Shown: positions 22,067 to 36,300, numbered from the stretch's first letter. The stretch: 64,000 nt of DNA from Tubulanus polymorphus (GCF_964204645.1 NC_134028.1:13005263-13069262); one strand, 5' to 3'. The notes: generated from the letters alone by a model not told the origin. Numbers and translations are program-made.

Positions 22067-22832
22067 TTACTCTTTACATCTTATAACTAATTCATAAATT
22101 ACAGGAAAGTTATTCAAATCAATTAAATAACCGTTGTGATTTCTAATTTCTAATCTAAAATTATTAAATTGAGGAATGCATAGTTTGAAATCGCACTCGG
22201 CTAAATTATTATTTTTTTGCGTTCCAAATTCTTTAACATTCTTCAATGGTAAAATATTCAATAAAGCAGAACTACAAATTGTATCTTTTGCTTCGAATGT
22301 TGTTTGTAGGATCAATTAAATTGCAATAAATATAAAAGTGTGTAAAGGGTATTAAGTTTGGTGTAGCATCAGCATTACGTATCCTTACATCTGGGTTAAT
22401 TCCTAAAATTTTAGCTAAAGTTTTTTTAACTAGAAATTGATGCTGATCTTCATTGCCTAATTTTAGTTTTACTTTATCAGAGCTATCACTTTTAATAAGT
22501 CTTAATCCAAATCCAGCAGATGCGCCCATTTTCGAGCGTGCTCTTTTATTAATTTCTTGAGCTAATGTTTCTAAATTGTATAATCCTGGTTTTAGATAAA
22601 GATGAAACCATCCATTCTTATATCTGTCATGAATTCAAAAGACTCTTATGTTCAATACTTTTATCCGATATATTATAAAAAGAGTTACATAAACTTACAT
22701 TTACTAATTTTAAATCAACACAATTTTTAAATTCTCTATCTAATTGTACTACAATGTAGTAAATTATGAGATTTATAATTTGTAAGTCTTCTTGGATCAA
22801 CAAATATTCTGTGTTTTTTTTAATTCTACCAT
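22067..22832 (-). pseudogene. Putative minor capsid protein (penton), copy D
   Basis: ORF pieces 22272-22529 and 22067-22315 homologous to the other pentons. Confidence 0.62.
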
Positions 22833-22846
22833 TTATTTTACATATT

Positions 22847-23120
22847 TTATTCGAAATCTATTTCATGGTGCCCTTTTTCATTCTTACCTTTATATATGAA
22901 ATTGAAATCACCTGAACACAATTCTTCTAAATCTTCACTAGATAATCTATGAAATCCATCTGGTAAATATGTTCTGAATTTATATTTATTTCCTTTTAAT
23001 CCTTCATATTCTAAGTGAATAACTAATTTATCTCCATATTTGTTAGAAACTGTATCAATATTTGTAGTTAGATATTTCTTATGAATTGTTAATTCTGTTA
23101 ACTTCTTAAATTTATAATCA
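22847..23120 (-). pseudogene. Small conserved Polinton protein, 5'-truncated
   Basis: DYKFKKL...GHHEIDFE, as at 1269-1623. Confidence 0.7.
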
Positions 23121-24567
23121 CATGACCACCGCCATCTTGGATTTAACCACAACCACAACTTTCCATACGGGCAGTCGTATACTACTCATGGGCTTCTAAA
23201 TATCACTTAAAGGCCGAGGAGCAGTAATATGTCAAAGTCAAAGAATTTGGTAAAGCGCACAGCCAGATTTAAGTTTTAATGAATACATGTAAATAGAGGT
23301 GAGCCAGTGCCTCTTCAGTCATAGAATTCTATATTGTAAAAAAACATAGACGTTTTGTTGAAGGCACCTGTGTTCGGCGTGGCCCGTGGCCAAAGAAAAT
23401 CGCACAAAATGTCGAATATCCGCCATGAGCGATGGTTCGCCGTGATCACTAGAAAAGAATTTCATTTTTGCGAAAAAACATACTTTGGGAATGTTGATAA
23501 CAAATTGAAAGCCTGTTTTTGTTATCGTCCAAACGAGAATAAATCTTTCAGTATCGTCAGTACGCCTACATTAAATCTTCACGGCTACCCAAGTTCTACA
23601 TTGTATAAAAGGTTGGTTGCGGCTGGAAGGTACCCGGTGTTCAGCGTGACAAAGAAAATCCCACAAAATATCATAGATCTTCGAGCGAATTAAGGGACCC
23701 GTGATCAAATAAAAAAAAGAAATTCATTTTCTGCAAAGAAAACAAGGGAGTTTGGGAATGTTGATTACAAATTGAGAGCCTATTGTTTTACCGATTATAC
23801 GATAATAAATTTTTCTGTAGTTGAAAATCGTCAGATTTCTACGTACATTAAATCTCATGGCTTCAATAGTTTTATATTTTTTACACTAAAAATTTGTTCC
23901 TAAGTATTACAACGGGTTGCATGGGTACAGAATTAATGGAACAGTACGGTATTCAAAATACGGATTATAGCGTATATACGAATTTAAGTCGAAACGGAAA
24001 AGGGGAATAGCGTTTGAAAAACGGGAGTAAAAAACACATTAAGATGCGATATGTTAGAAAACGCACGGCATTTTACTCCCAGGGATTGGCAAAATTTTTG
24101 AGTTCATTATTCAGTACCTGTGTGGAGGGGGACGGTCATTTTGTAACACGCGCGTTATTCTCCGGGACTCGACCCTTAGAGACGCTGTGAAACAGGCGCG
24201 CCTGTCATTCTAAAAAATTCGACCCGTTGCTAAGGGACTGTGCTTTTTGTAGGATTCGAATCTAGTCTTCCAATCGGTTTCTATGGAGAAATACGAACTA
24301 AAAATAACATTTTTTTGACAATATTTTGTGAATATTCTTTGTAAATATTCTGAAAATTACACAAAATCAGTTTGTTATCCTTCATTCACGTATTTAAACT
24401 ACCCGCGCGATGCGGCCCGCAAGGTTCGACGAAAGTCCGTCCGTGACCGTCATTTTCGTTGCCGCGATTTAGCCAATGCCCATGTGTCCCGGATGTAAAC
24501 TACACTTTTTGAGAAGGACGGTATGGAGAAATATAGGAAATTTGAATTTGCCTCATACGCGCGATTA

Positions 24568-25554
24568 ACTGTGCTCTGTGAGCTACACTAATTCACTGGA
24601 TAACTCCTCCCCTTATGTCATTCAAAGATTCAAATTTTGAAGGAAATGCCAACTAAAAAGCTTTTTTTCTCGAAGAGGAGGGCCTAAAACACATTTTTGA
24701 CAGCAAAAATGAATATATTACACATTAAAATAGAGAAAATAGGAGAATTCCAGTTTGAGCTCTCCACTGCACTATGGCTTCATGGGACCCATGAAGCCAT
24801 CTTTGACATTGATTGGGCTTTTATAAGCGCACAGCGAGCGCCGAAGCTCCTTAAAGGTAGGGACACACGAGCGTATTTTTTGCCCGATCGCGACGATTAA
24901 ATTCACCAGCGAATTCGCCGACGGATATATACGCCCGATACGAGCGGGCACACGAAGCGATCAAACTGAAATTAGGTCAGCGAATGGCACTTAGTGGGAG
25001 AGAGTTAACGAATTACATATCAAAAATGCATCCTATTGGTTGATAAAAATGAATCGCTCGGCGAAATTCGCTGAGTGCGGGCAGACGAGCGAATTTGCGG
25101 GCGATCCGATCGCCGGCGTCAATAATCGGCCGAAAATATCAAACCTGTTTGATACGGGCGATCGAGTCGGCCGACGATAACGTCGTCGCCGTGAGTGGCC
25201 ACACGAGCGAATTTTTCGGGCGATTTATAAATTCGCTGTGATCGGGCGAAAAAATACGCTCGTGTGCCCCTACCTTTAAGGAGCTTCGGCGCTCGCTGTG
25301 CGCTTATAAAAGCCCAATCAATGTCAAAGATGGCTTCATGGGTCCCATGAAGCCATAGTGCAGTGGAGAGCTCAAACTGGAATTCTCCTATTTTCTCTAT
25401 TTTAATGTGTAATATATTCATTTTTGCTGTCAAAAATGTGTTTTAGGCCCTCCTCTTCGAGAAAAAAGCTTTTTAGTTGGCATTTCCTTCAAAATTTGAA
25501 TCTTTGAATGGGGAGGAGTTATCCAGTGAATTAGTGTAGCTCACAGAGCACAGT
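24568..25554. mobile_element. Long inverted-repeat (foldback) element with ~285-bp outer arms
   Basis: 24568-24854 is the near-perfect reverse complement of 25276-25554. Confidence 0.85.
24855..25275. mobile_element. TTAA-flanked MITE (Kolobok/Harbinger-like) at the centre of the foldback
   Basis: TTAA at 24851-24854 and 25276-25279; TIR AGGTAGGG(A/G)CACACGAGCGTATTTTT; internal ACACGAGCGA repeats. Confidence 0.65.
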
Positions 25555-26422
25555 AACAGTAATATGATACCTATAGTCATCGGTGTACATAAACAAATCA
25601 TGGCCTCATTCATAGTACCAAAATTCGGCAACATCAAAACTTTTTCTATGGTCAATGGATCAGTCTGATATTTTTGTACACTTGTTTAGCTATCTACCCT
25701 CAATGTTGTGTCCAAATTCCATCGAAATCGGATAAAAATTAATGATTTTCAAAAAATTTGAAATGTCTCTAAAATCTTTAATCTTGGCCCTATCTCTACA
25801 AAAAATTATCACTAGCATCAGATTTCCATTCCCATTATGACTAGATTCGTTAAAATTAGTTTAGAACTTAATATGAAAACTTTTATGAATATGTCAAATC
25901 TAACTGTGCGTGACCTGCCGTTAATGATGTGAGCCATCCTCGCTCACTCTTAACATTATAAACAAGATAGGCTACTGTAGTTAGTGGGACGGCCAATCTC
26001 AAGTGTTTGCCACCCGGTTAACTAGCATCCATAATCCTCGGCCTTTAAATAATATTGTATGTACATGTATATATTAGATATTGTACTTCTCTCTACTGTA
26101 TTGTTTTTCTTTTTAGTGCATCCTTTTTGTTTGTTTGTTGTTGTTTTTTCTTCATTCACAATCTTATACTTTGGATTTATGATGAATACAATGAAAATTC
26201 ATACTTCGTTTCTATCTTAGGTGCTCTCGGTTACATCCAACAAATTGTTGCCCTATTTTTGCTTTGACCTTGGTTAGGCCATACAAAGAAATACCCTGAC
26301 TAATAAAAAGAAAAAAAAGTCACTAATAAAACTTAAAAACACAAATGCACTCGCCCGTGTCGGCAAAGCATCAATCGTCTTTTTTTAAATAAAAATCAAA
26401 ACCCACTCGCCCGCATAGCTAT

Positions 26423-26929
26423 TGTAACCGGCTGGTTGTTGTATCGGCAGGCTGGCTGGGGAACTAGCATTTACACCAGCGGTACAGGATTCCATCCATC
26501 AGGAACAACAAGGCAGTTAAACCTCATATGTACAATCTTTATTGCATCCCGGAATGAGAATGATTATCATAGCTTTACATAGTCTTTATATACAGAATCA
26601 TGAGTATAATGTGAGAACTAGGTGTCAGACAAGTTGTAGACATCAGGACTCACGAACAAACACCTAGTGACATGTTTGAGAGACATTAATTAATTATCGA
26701 TGAGCACTGACTATAGCTAATTATTGTGAAAACATATTGAGTAATGTCACATGTTGATTACGACCTTAAAGCACATATTGACACTATAGTCATAAGTTAT
26801 ATTATATTATTATTATTGTTATTATTATTATTATTAATATGTATTAGAGCTATGAAATGTTATGAACTGTTCGATATGACATTGTAGATCTATATGATTA
26901 TGAAATATGCAAATTATATCAGGGTGACA
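26423..26929 (-). repeat. 3' LTR (507 bp)
   Basis: TGTAAC...GTGACA; 26761-26929 matches 33024-33192. Confidence 0.85.
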
Positions 26930-27806
26930 GATGCCCCCTTGTCCAATTAAATTTGGTCGTCCAAATTTGCAGAAAACGCAGATACTATAAGTTCATCAAA
27001 ACTCCTTCCATCGCGAAAACATGAAAGATTGACTTTCACCGCGCGAAAATGTGCAAACGCTGGACAGTAACGGCCGGATTCTCAGTCATTCACGAAAGAG
27101 TCACATGTTGTAGTTATTTACGGACGATGCGATAATACGTTAACTGTGATTTTGAAGGATCTGCAGAGGATCCCCGAATTCTGGTTGGTTCTGCGACGAA
27201 CAGAAGTAGCGACGTGTTGTGTAGTAATAGCGTCCCGAAGATCAGTTGGTGATGCAAGTTGCAAGTAGTACGCATTTCTCTGTTTTTGAAGATCTTTCGA
27301 TTACTGACTGGAAATAACTTCGTGACACAATGATAGTAACATGCAACATCTGACATCAGAGCAGAGTTCAGGCAATGACACAACACAAATACAGTTACCC
27401 TTGTCAACCAAAAGAAAAAAAAACTGATCATTATCCAAAAAGTGGTCAGAAGTAAATAAAGAATAACCATAGTAATTGAGTAAAGATGACACCATCAGCA
27501 TAATTGAACTGTATTAACACCTATCATCGCAGTCTCAATTAATCCACGTTATATTATATCATTGATAAATTCATACCGTACTGTACACTTAGACAGATAT
27601 GTCTCGTATTAGATTTACAATGACGTTATTTGCGTGTTTTCTACGAAAAATTTCATGCACTCTACTTAAAATGACTAGTATATATTAATTGAACGTATGA
27701 ACTATCCGATCTTTGAACCGTTCAGGGCGTAAATAAACTGAAAATATACGTACGAGTAATAAGCTGATCAATTCATCGCTGATATCCATATGATATCCTG
27801 GAAAGC

Positions 27807-30800
27807 TTAAGAAAACCTACTGTAGCTACTACTGAGTTTCGAAGAAATTGATTTTAAACGAGAAGCGTACTGACTTTGTGTGCCAGGAGGTGGTTCATAC
27901 CAAGGCAGCCATGCAGGGGGAGCAAACCGCCCAAATAAAACATAGTATTCTAAGACTCCCTGGTCGTTGAAACGTGTTGATACGGCTCGTGCGGCAGTAG
28001 GTATAATCTTTTTGAGCTCGGTTTCGGTGGGAGGCCTTTCATTTTCCAAAATGACATGATATATACCCCATACATGTTCAAGACTTTCTCCGTGATCACT
28101 TACTTCATACCGATCTCGTTTTGATGCCCGGTACCATGGACTGTCATGGTAATACTTGACGAATAGCACATTATTTTGAAATTTGGTAGCAACAACCGTT
28201 TTTCCTGTAGGGCATGGACATAATGCTCGACGATTTCCCGTCCGAATAGCCTCTTCGATAGCGACATTACTTGAATCTGAACTACTCTTAAGGCTTTCCT
28301 CAATTGTATGATCTTGGTGAGTTTTCGATTGAGCTGAACAATATACACTATTTACATTCTCATTATTTGATGAGTCTTCATTAGACATCTGATTATCAAA
28401 TTCCTGGAAGCTATCATTAGTAACGTATACACCCTGTATTACGGTTCCATTTAATTTTCTTCTAGGTTTTTCACGTATCTCTACTTCACTACCCTGACAT
28501 CTATCTCTATTTGTGACTATAATATTTGCTACGTCATTCTCGTTATCATTTCGATCGTTTTGATTTCCTTGATTATTATCAGCATTGTCTGTAATGCGAT
28601 CAAAAAACTTACTTTTGCAAGGTTTCTTACGTTTTTCGCCTGATGCCGCATAGTTTTCGTGAAAGTGTCGAATTAGTTAATTTGGGATCCATTTTCCTAA
28701 TTCCCAAGAATTTTCACGATTCAAATCTGACTTCCATTTTACGCGATATTTACATAAACCGTTTTCTAGTTTGTACTGTAGAATTTTCTGAATATCTGAT
28801 TCATTGAAAGTCTCAGTAACGATCGGTCTATCTTTGTTATCGTCTGCCGAAATTTGAGTGTCAGTTGGAGTATCAGCTAGATTGCTAGGTTTAGATTTTA
28901 AGCGCCCATGAATCTCGTCGAATAATTCAGGGTTTTCCTCAGCTGTTGAACCATCCCATGCGACCTCTTCATAATTCGGACGCGATGAAGGATCTTTGTA
29001 TAACTTAAGACGGTTCCCATTGACATGCGATGGGAGTAAAACGTTATCAGAGATTCTTCGTAATTGATAAGCCCCTTTACTAGCTATTGACTGAATGAAA
29101 TAGGGACCTACGTATTTTTTACACAGTTTTGGTGATTTTCCTTTCTTAACTTTCATGACTTTTAGCCAAACGCGATCAGTAATCTGAAACTGAGGTTTTG
29201 ATGCCTTTTTATCGAACTGAGTTTTATACTTATTTTGAGCTCTTTTAATATTCTCGTTAGCGATATTTCCTGATATGACCAGCTGCCTTAATATATGTGA
29301 TAAGTATGCCTTATGATCAGTAGCTAACGAATGGCGTGGAATTAAAGCCGTGTCTATTGGTAGACGCATTTCTTGACCAAATAACATGTGGTAAGGGCTA
29401 AAACCTGAACCTTCAGTTGAGGGAACATGCCTATAACTCATCATTACACTTGGCATTAGTGTATCCCAATTAGTCTGATCCTGGTTACAATACGATCTAA
29501 GCGACTGCCAAATGTACTGGTTAGTTCTCTCGCAAACTGAGTTTGATTGAGGATGGTACGGAGCGGTGAAATGTTGTTTCACGTGAAACAATTCACAGAG
29601 AGCTCCAACTAACTTAGACATAAATGTTTTACCGCGATCAGAGACTAAAGAATGAGGCGCACCATACCGCGAAAATATCTCTTTAAAGAGAACCTTTGCT
29701 ACCTCTGTTGTTTCCTGAGTTTTGAGAGGAAAAGCCTCGGGCCATTTACTCCAGCTATCTACCACGAGTAGAATATGCTTATTACCATCAGGTGTCTCCG
29801 GAAGATTGCAAAGGAAGTCAATGTGCCATCTGGAGAATAAGCCTTCAATTGGTAATGGTTGTAAGGGTGTTGGATGACTATGATAATTCCGTTTGACCTG
29901 TTGGCAATTCTCACAAGTAGAAACATATTTCCCGCAATCTTCATACATGGAATCCCAATGATATTTATTACGCAAAACACCATAAAGACGATCTCGACCC
30001 TGGTGGCAACCCCCCACTAATGAATCGTGGTAAGCTTTCAATATTTTCGACCGTAATGACCTAGGAACTTCAAGAACTGGGATGACCTTCTCGCCTTTAT
30101 GGAATACCAGTAACTCTAGGCGTATACAAATAATATAACGTGCCATCGATAATACCATATTGGTCGGCCCTCCAACTGAGCTTTCGAAACAGTTTTTCAT
30201 CGTTGACAGCATATGATGGATCTAACTTATGTTCCAACATGTGACAAACTTCAGGGCAATTCCGCTGTAAGTGAGTCATATTAGCAGGTTTAATCAGTTC
30301 AATCTCCTTATAAGTATCAGGAGGTAACTCAGCCACCACGGGGCTAGTATAATCAAACACGACTTCATAAGACTGAGATCCATTTGTCATTGCTGTGAAA
30401 ACAGTTTCTTGTGAAGGATCATCAGGTCTATGAGGAGGAGGTTTATCATAATCTCATCTACTTAAACCGTCGCAATTGCCATTTTTCTTACCCGGTCGGT
30501 GTTCAACAGAAAAATTATATGCTTGAAGAGCCAATTCCCAACGTCCTATACGTTTATTTAGTCGGTTTTCATGAATATACGTTAAACTTTTGCTATCAGT
30601 AAACACAGTGAATTCATTTCCAATCAGGTAGGGATGAAAATTCTGAATTCCTTCAATCAAAGCTAATCCTTCCTTATCACTAATATGCCATTTCTTTTCG
30701 TTTACATGTAACGCGCGACCACCATATCCGATAACATGTTCTAAATTATTCTTTTTCTGAGACAAAACGTAACCGATAGCATAGTCCGAAGAGTCAACTG

Positions 30801-32716
30801 AGAGATAGAAACGAGAATTGAAATCAGGGAATATTGGATCACTAGTTAATTTCTGTTTAAGCGTATCAAAAGCTTTCTGACAATCAGGGGTCCATTTGAA
30901 CTTCACATCTTTACAGTTCAAAGCATTCAAGGGAGAAACTATTGATGCATAATTTTGAATGAATTTCCTGTAAAAGTTTGCCAACCCTAGAAAACTTTGT
31001 AATTGTTTGACATTGGACGGAACTGGAAAGCTGTTAACCTTTTCGATGTTCTTTTTACAAGTACGAAGACCCTCAGCAGATAACGTATAACCCAGGTATT
31101 CAATTTCTGGGACTGCAAATTCACACTTAGTCGGTTTGGCAGTTAGACCGGCTTGTTTAAGCTTCTCAAAAACATTCGATAAATGAACTAGGTGACTGTC
31201 AAAATCTTGAGAGAATATGATTAGATCATCAATGAAACACAATACATATTGCCAATTCAAATGACCTAAACATTTTGACATAAGCATCTGAAAAGCCATG
31301 GGACCATTCTTAATTCCCATCGGCATTCTTTTGAAGCACTTTTTGCCTTGCGTCGTTTGAAAAGCTGTTTTATGACGCGATTCTTCATGTAACGGTATCT
31401 GGTGAAATCCTGAATTAAGATCTAATTTACTAAATATCATGGGTTTAGCATCGGCTATCGTGTCAAATACATCATCAAAATGAGGTAGTGGAAATGATTG
31501 CGTTACGGTCTTCGAATTCAGTTTTCTAAAATCAATAGTAAACCTATACGTATTGTCTGGTTTTCTGACCAAAACCACAGAATTATTGAAAACAGAATCA
31601 GTTGGTTCAATGAGATCGGCATCGAACAGTTCGTTATCCAAGTCTTTTTCTACCTGTCTCAAGTGTGGACTTTTGCGATAAGGTCTTTGCATTATAGGGT
31701 CGTCATCAGTTGTTTCTATCTTATGGGTAACTAATGAAGTTTTGCCGATTTCCTGTAAGTTACTAGCAAATATTGACCTATTACATCCAATTAAATACAT
31801 TAATCTCTCTTTTTGTTCCAAAGTCAATCCTGAGTTTTCTGGAATTTTCATGCCTAAATTTTCCGCTATTTTAATTTTTTCATCATAATTTCGTGGTGTA
31901 TCAGTATCAACGGAGAAAATGTTTGCACTAGTATTGTCATCTGCGAAATCGAAACAATCATCGTTAGTTACATTGTATGCAAATCCAAGCACATAATCTT
32001 TTGAAATTTGAATTGGTTCATTAGTAGGATTCACAATAGTAGCGAAAATTTTACCGTCCGTGAATTTGCATAATGTTTTACCTCCACCTAAACATTTATT
32101 TAATAACTTGTGGTTGTATGGTCACAAAAACAACCAATGAACCTTCCGCCAACGTATCGACACTTATTTGAACTATTTGTTTAGTATTTGGTGAAATAAC
32201 TATCCTGTTAACCGTTTTAGCTTTATTTCTGTACAGCTCTTGTTTATTCCTAAGAATCTTTAATGGAATCGAAACATCTTTAAATTCAATTGTGCCTGAT
32301 GCAAGGTCAATGTTTACATTGTTTTCCTTCAAAAAATCCAGTCCCAGAATGACATCTGTATGTAGCCTATCGAATACATAAAACTTATGCGTTAATACAT
32401 GAGATTGAATGCAAATGGGTACATCAATTCTACCAATTACTGAATGTGCTTCCCCACAAACTCCTCTAATAATGTTTATACCCGAATGACTATATATGGG
32501 ATTTTTGATACATCTTTCGACCGTTGATCTAGCAATACATGAAATTGATGCACCTGTATCGACTAATGCTCGTTGGGAGTGTTTATTAATATCAACGTTT
32601 ATGATATTCCGATTCAACCCTGAAACTAAGCTTATATCAACCGCATTGATATCAGGTACCCATAATCGAGATGCTTCTTTACGACAAACATCCTTACTAC
32701 AATGTATGCGCTTCAT
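27807..32716 (-). pseudogene. Gypsy pol: aspartic protease, RT, RNase H, integrase, chromodomain and long C-terminal extension; frameshifts and stops
   Basis: LVDTGAS; IDFRKLN, LDLNSGFHQI, FIDD; VDSS..AIG; HHCC zinc finger, HIDF, SDRG, ERTN, GPY; YRVKWK...NSWE. Confidence 0.93.
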
Positions 32717-33023
32717 CTTTTTGAATTGTATACCACGTAAGACAGAACAAAATGAAACTGATTATGAATAATGTATAGCTAGAAAAATACTTTGAATCGA
32801 ACAATCGAAACTTGAGATATATATCAAACTAATATATCAAACGGTAATGCTTCCAAACTCAAATAACTATAATTTCCTATACTCAATATCTGACCACTAA
32901 TTTGAGACAAAGATTCAATCACATTACCTATGGCTGACAACAAGTTACCATAATGCGTTGTATCCACCAAAACAGCAGCGATTTCGGCGATCAGCACGGT
33001 CTTGTCACAAGTGTAGTTGAATG

Positions 33024-33192
33024 CGATCTTAAAGCACATATTGACACTATAGTCATAAGTTATATTATATTATTATTATTGTTATTATTATCATTATTAA
33101 TATGTATTAGAGCTATGAAATGTTATGAACTGTTCGATATGACATTGTAGATCTATATGATTATGAAATATGCAAATTATATCAGGGTGACA
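33024..33192 (-). repeat. Partial 5' LTR
   Basis: Near-identical to 26761-26929. Confidence 0.85.
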
Positions 33193-33290
33193 CTATATAG
33201 CATACGGCAGTGGTTTTTTTTCTGCTGGCGCTTATATGCTCATCCTCCACGTAAGAGGACGCGTGAAAATAGCAAAAATGAGTCGATAGA

Positions 33291-33360
33291 AGTAATTGGG
33301 AAAGTGGACTTTCAGATCGGAGGACGAGAGGACGAGACACCATTCATCACCACAAGTAAT
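33291..33360 (+). repeat. Left terminal inverted repeat
   Basis: AGTAATTGGGAAAGTGG...CATCACCACAAGTAAT, inverse of 49931-49997. Confidence 0.93.
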
Positions 33361-33375
33361 TTTTTTTCCTAATAA

Positions 33376-36300
33376 ATGGGGGAGAATGAACACCAGCCAG
33401 AAAACAATAATGTTAATAAAAATCAATATTATTGCACATATTGTAAAAAATACGTTGATACATCTAATAAAACACGACATGAAAAAACTGCAAATCATAT
33501 AAAAAATGTAATAGATTTTGAATCTCCAGAAAATTCCAATGAAAGAAAAGAAAGATTAGAAAATATGAATGTGGATGAAATAAAATGTGAAGTTTGTAAT
33601 GAATTTATAGTAAAAAGGAATTATAATAGACATCTCGAATCACAAAAACACCATCAAAATTTGAGTAATAATGTTTTAGGAAAAGATTATTTTAGCGATA
33701 AACCTCAAAAAGTAAAAAAACCAAATTCAAAAACTAAATCCATTTCAAATAAACCTTACATGGAAAATGTTAGAAATTATATTGATTCACTAGAAATAAA
33801 AGATACAATTGAAATTTAGGAAACATTACATAGTAAAATTGGTCCTGCAGCTATTATATTTAGATTTTTTAAAGGTACAACAATAGGAGATTATAGTAAA
33901 TTTAATGAAATAATAGAAAAAATACTAGATTTGATAACAGATGTTGAATATCCAAAAATTAGTATCTCTGGGAAAGTAAGTTTTATAAAGTCAGAAGAAA
34001 AAATGGATTATAATATTCAAACACACTCTGAAGAAATAATTTCAAAACACAAATAAAAGAGAAGTTAGAAAAAATATTTAATGAATTTAAACGTCATATT
34101 GAAGAAAGATATTTTGAGGGTTCTGGCTTAACATTGAATGAAATAATATATTTAGATTTAAATGTTTATAATACAAAAAGAAATAAAACATCAAAAAGTA
34201 ATAAAATGTTTAAAAATGATTCAAACTTTACAACAGAAAAGGATATTAAAGCATTATCTCATATTAAATTACCATTTACCACAAAAGCAGTAATAAATAT
34301 TCAAAATGAAGATAATAAATGTTTTCTATGGTCAATTATTAGTTGCTTACATCCAACACAGGAAAATGTTTGTAGAATAACAGATTATCGGAAATATGAA
34401 ACATTATATAAAATTGATCAATATCCAGTAACTATAAAAATGATTCCTAAAATAGAAAAAGTTAATAATTTAAAAATAATTGTATTCGAATTAATGCAAT
34501 TACCAAAGACAAAAGGTGAAAATATTAAAGATTATACATTGGAAGCTTTATATTTAACAGAATATTATAATGATGAAAATGCTATAGATTTGTTATATTA
34601 CAAAAAATGAACATTATATGTGGTTAAAACAAATTGATTTATTCTTTAGAACAGAAAGTGATCATCATCATAAGATTTATCTATGTAGAAAATGTTTATC
34701 TAAATTTATGACTGAGAATACATTATTAAAACATAAAGAAGTATGTGATAATAAAGATTTTTGTAAATTAATAATGCCAACAGAAAAAGATTATAAATTG
34801 AAATTTACTAATCATAAATTTAAGAATATCGTTCCATTTGTAATTTATGGGGATTTTGAATCGTTGAAAAAAGAATTAACTGATCAAGATAGAAAAGAAA
34901 TATATAACAAAAAGCAATTATTAAAATCAATGGATAAAGGAAATGAATTAAATGAAGACACAATAAAAGACCCACCAATTATAAATACAATTAAAAAAGT
35001 TCATCAAAGAGCTGCTGCTTATGGAATTTATATAAAATCAAATTATCCTGAATTATATGAAAGTCAATATATTTCTTTTAGAGGTGAAGATGTAGTTAAT
35101 AATTTTTGTAACAAAATAATTGAATTAGAAAGTGATTTTGCAAAATTATTAAACAAAAATAAAAGAATAGTTATGACAAAAGAAGATGAAATTGATTTTA
35201 ATTATGCAACTCATTGTTGTTATTGTGAAAAACGTTTTTATTCATTTGATAAAAAAGTTAGAGATCATGATCATTTAAATTCAAAATATCGTGGAGCTGC
35301 TCATGAAGATTGTAATTTACAAGCTAAAAAAGTAAATTTCGTTCCAATATTATTTCATAATTTATCCGGCTATGATACCCATCTATTTATAAAACAATTA
35401 TCGGGAAAATTGGGCGCAATTAATCAAGAAATATAAGAATATAATGCTATGAATGGTGTAAATGTAAGAAAAAATGATTTTAAACTATTAGCTAAAACAT
35501 CTGAAAATTATATTTCATTTCAATTTGGTTGCATTAGATTTTTAGATTCTTATAGATTTCTAGCAAGTTCATTAGATAATTTATCAAAAATTTTAGTTGA
35601 TAATGATTTTGTTATAACTCGATATTATTATCCAAATGAACAAGATTTTAAATTATTGAGATATAAAGGTGCAATTCCTTATTCATTTTATAAAACACAC
35701 AATGATTTTAATGTAACAGAATTATTAAAAGATCAATTTTATGATCAATTAAAAGAGGAGTATGTGAAAGATGAAGTGTTTAATAGAACATTAAATATTT
35801 GGAACCATTTTAAGATGAAAAATCATGGTGAATTAGTTGATTTATATTTAAAATCAGATGTTATGATATTGGCTGACATATTTGAAAAATCTAGAGAAGT
35901 TAATTTGAATCATTTCAATGTTGATCCTTGTTATTGCTACTCTAGTCCTGGTTTAACCTGGCAATGTGGTTTAAAATATACAAATGTAGAATTAGATTTA
36001 TTAAAAGAACCAGATATGGTTTTATTATTTGAAAAATCAATTAGAGGTGGAATTAGTGGTGTTATGGGAGATAGGTATTTTAAAGCAAATGATGAATATA
36101 AATTATTATATATTGACGCCAATAATTTATATGGTTGGGCAATGATGCAACCTCAACCATATAAAAATTTTATATTAACAGAAGTTGAAAATGATGATAA
36201 AACTAATTGGGAAAGCGCAATTATGAGTTTAGAAGATGAAGCACCAATTGGTTATTTCTTTGTAGTTGATTTAGAATATCCTGAAAATATAAAGTTTAAA

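Larger units (their letters stand above)
21281..23120 (-). mobile_element. Inverted Polinton fragment D (small protein, penton, 113-aa, 73-aa and partial 140-aa genes), decayed
   Basis: Reverse-complement homology to ~1350-2660 and 6363-6980; deletion at ~21500 joins two genes. Confidence 0.88.
26423..33192 (-). mobile_element. Ty3/Gypsy LTR retrotransposon with chromodomain, decayed; gag not recognisable and 5' LTR partial
   Basis: TG...CA ends; 4-bp TSD CTAT (26419-26422 and 33193-33196); PPT AGGGGGCATC adjacent to the 3' LTR; PR-RT-RH-IN order. Confidence 0.92.

Noticed and set aside
23440-23870. Diverged ~150-bp direct duplication
   Set aside because: Old degenerate repeat with no recognisable ends or coding signal
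24697-25433. Two near-identical MTAKMNIL... ORFs
   Set aside because: Artefact of the inverted-repeat arms; non-ATG starts
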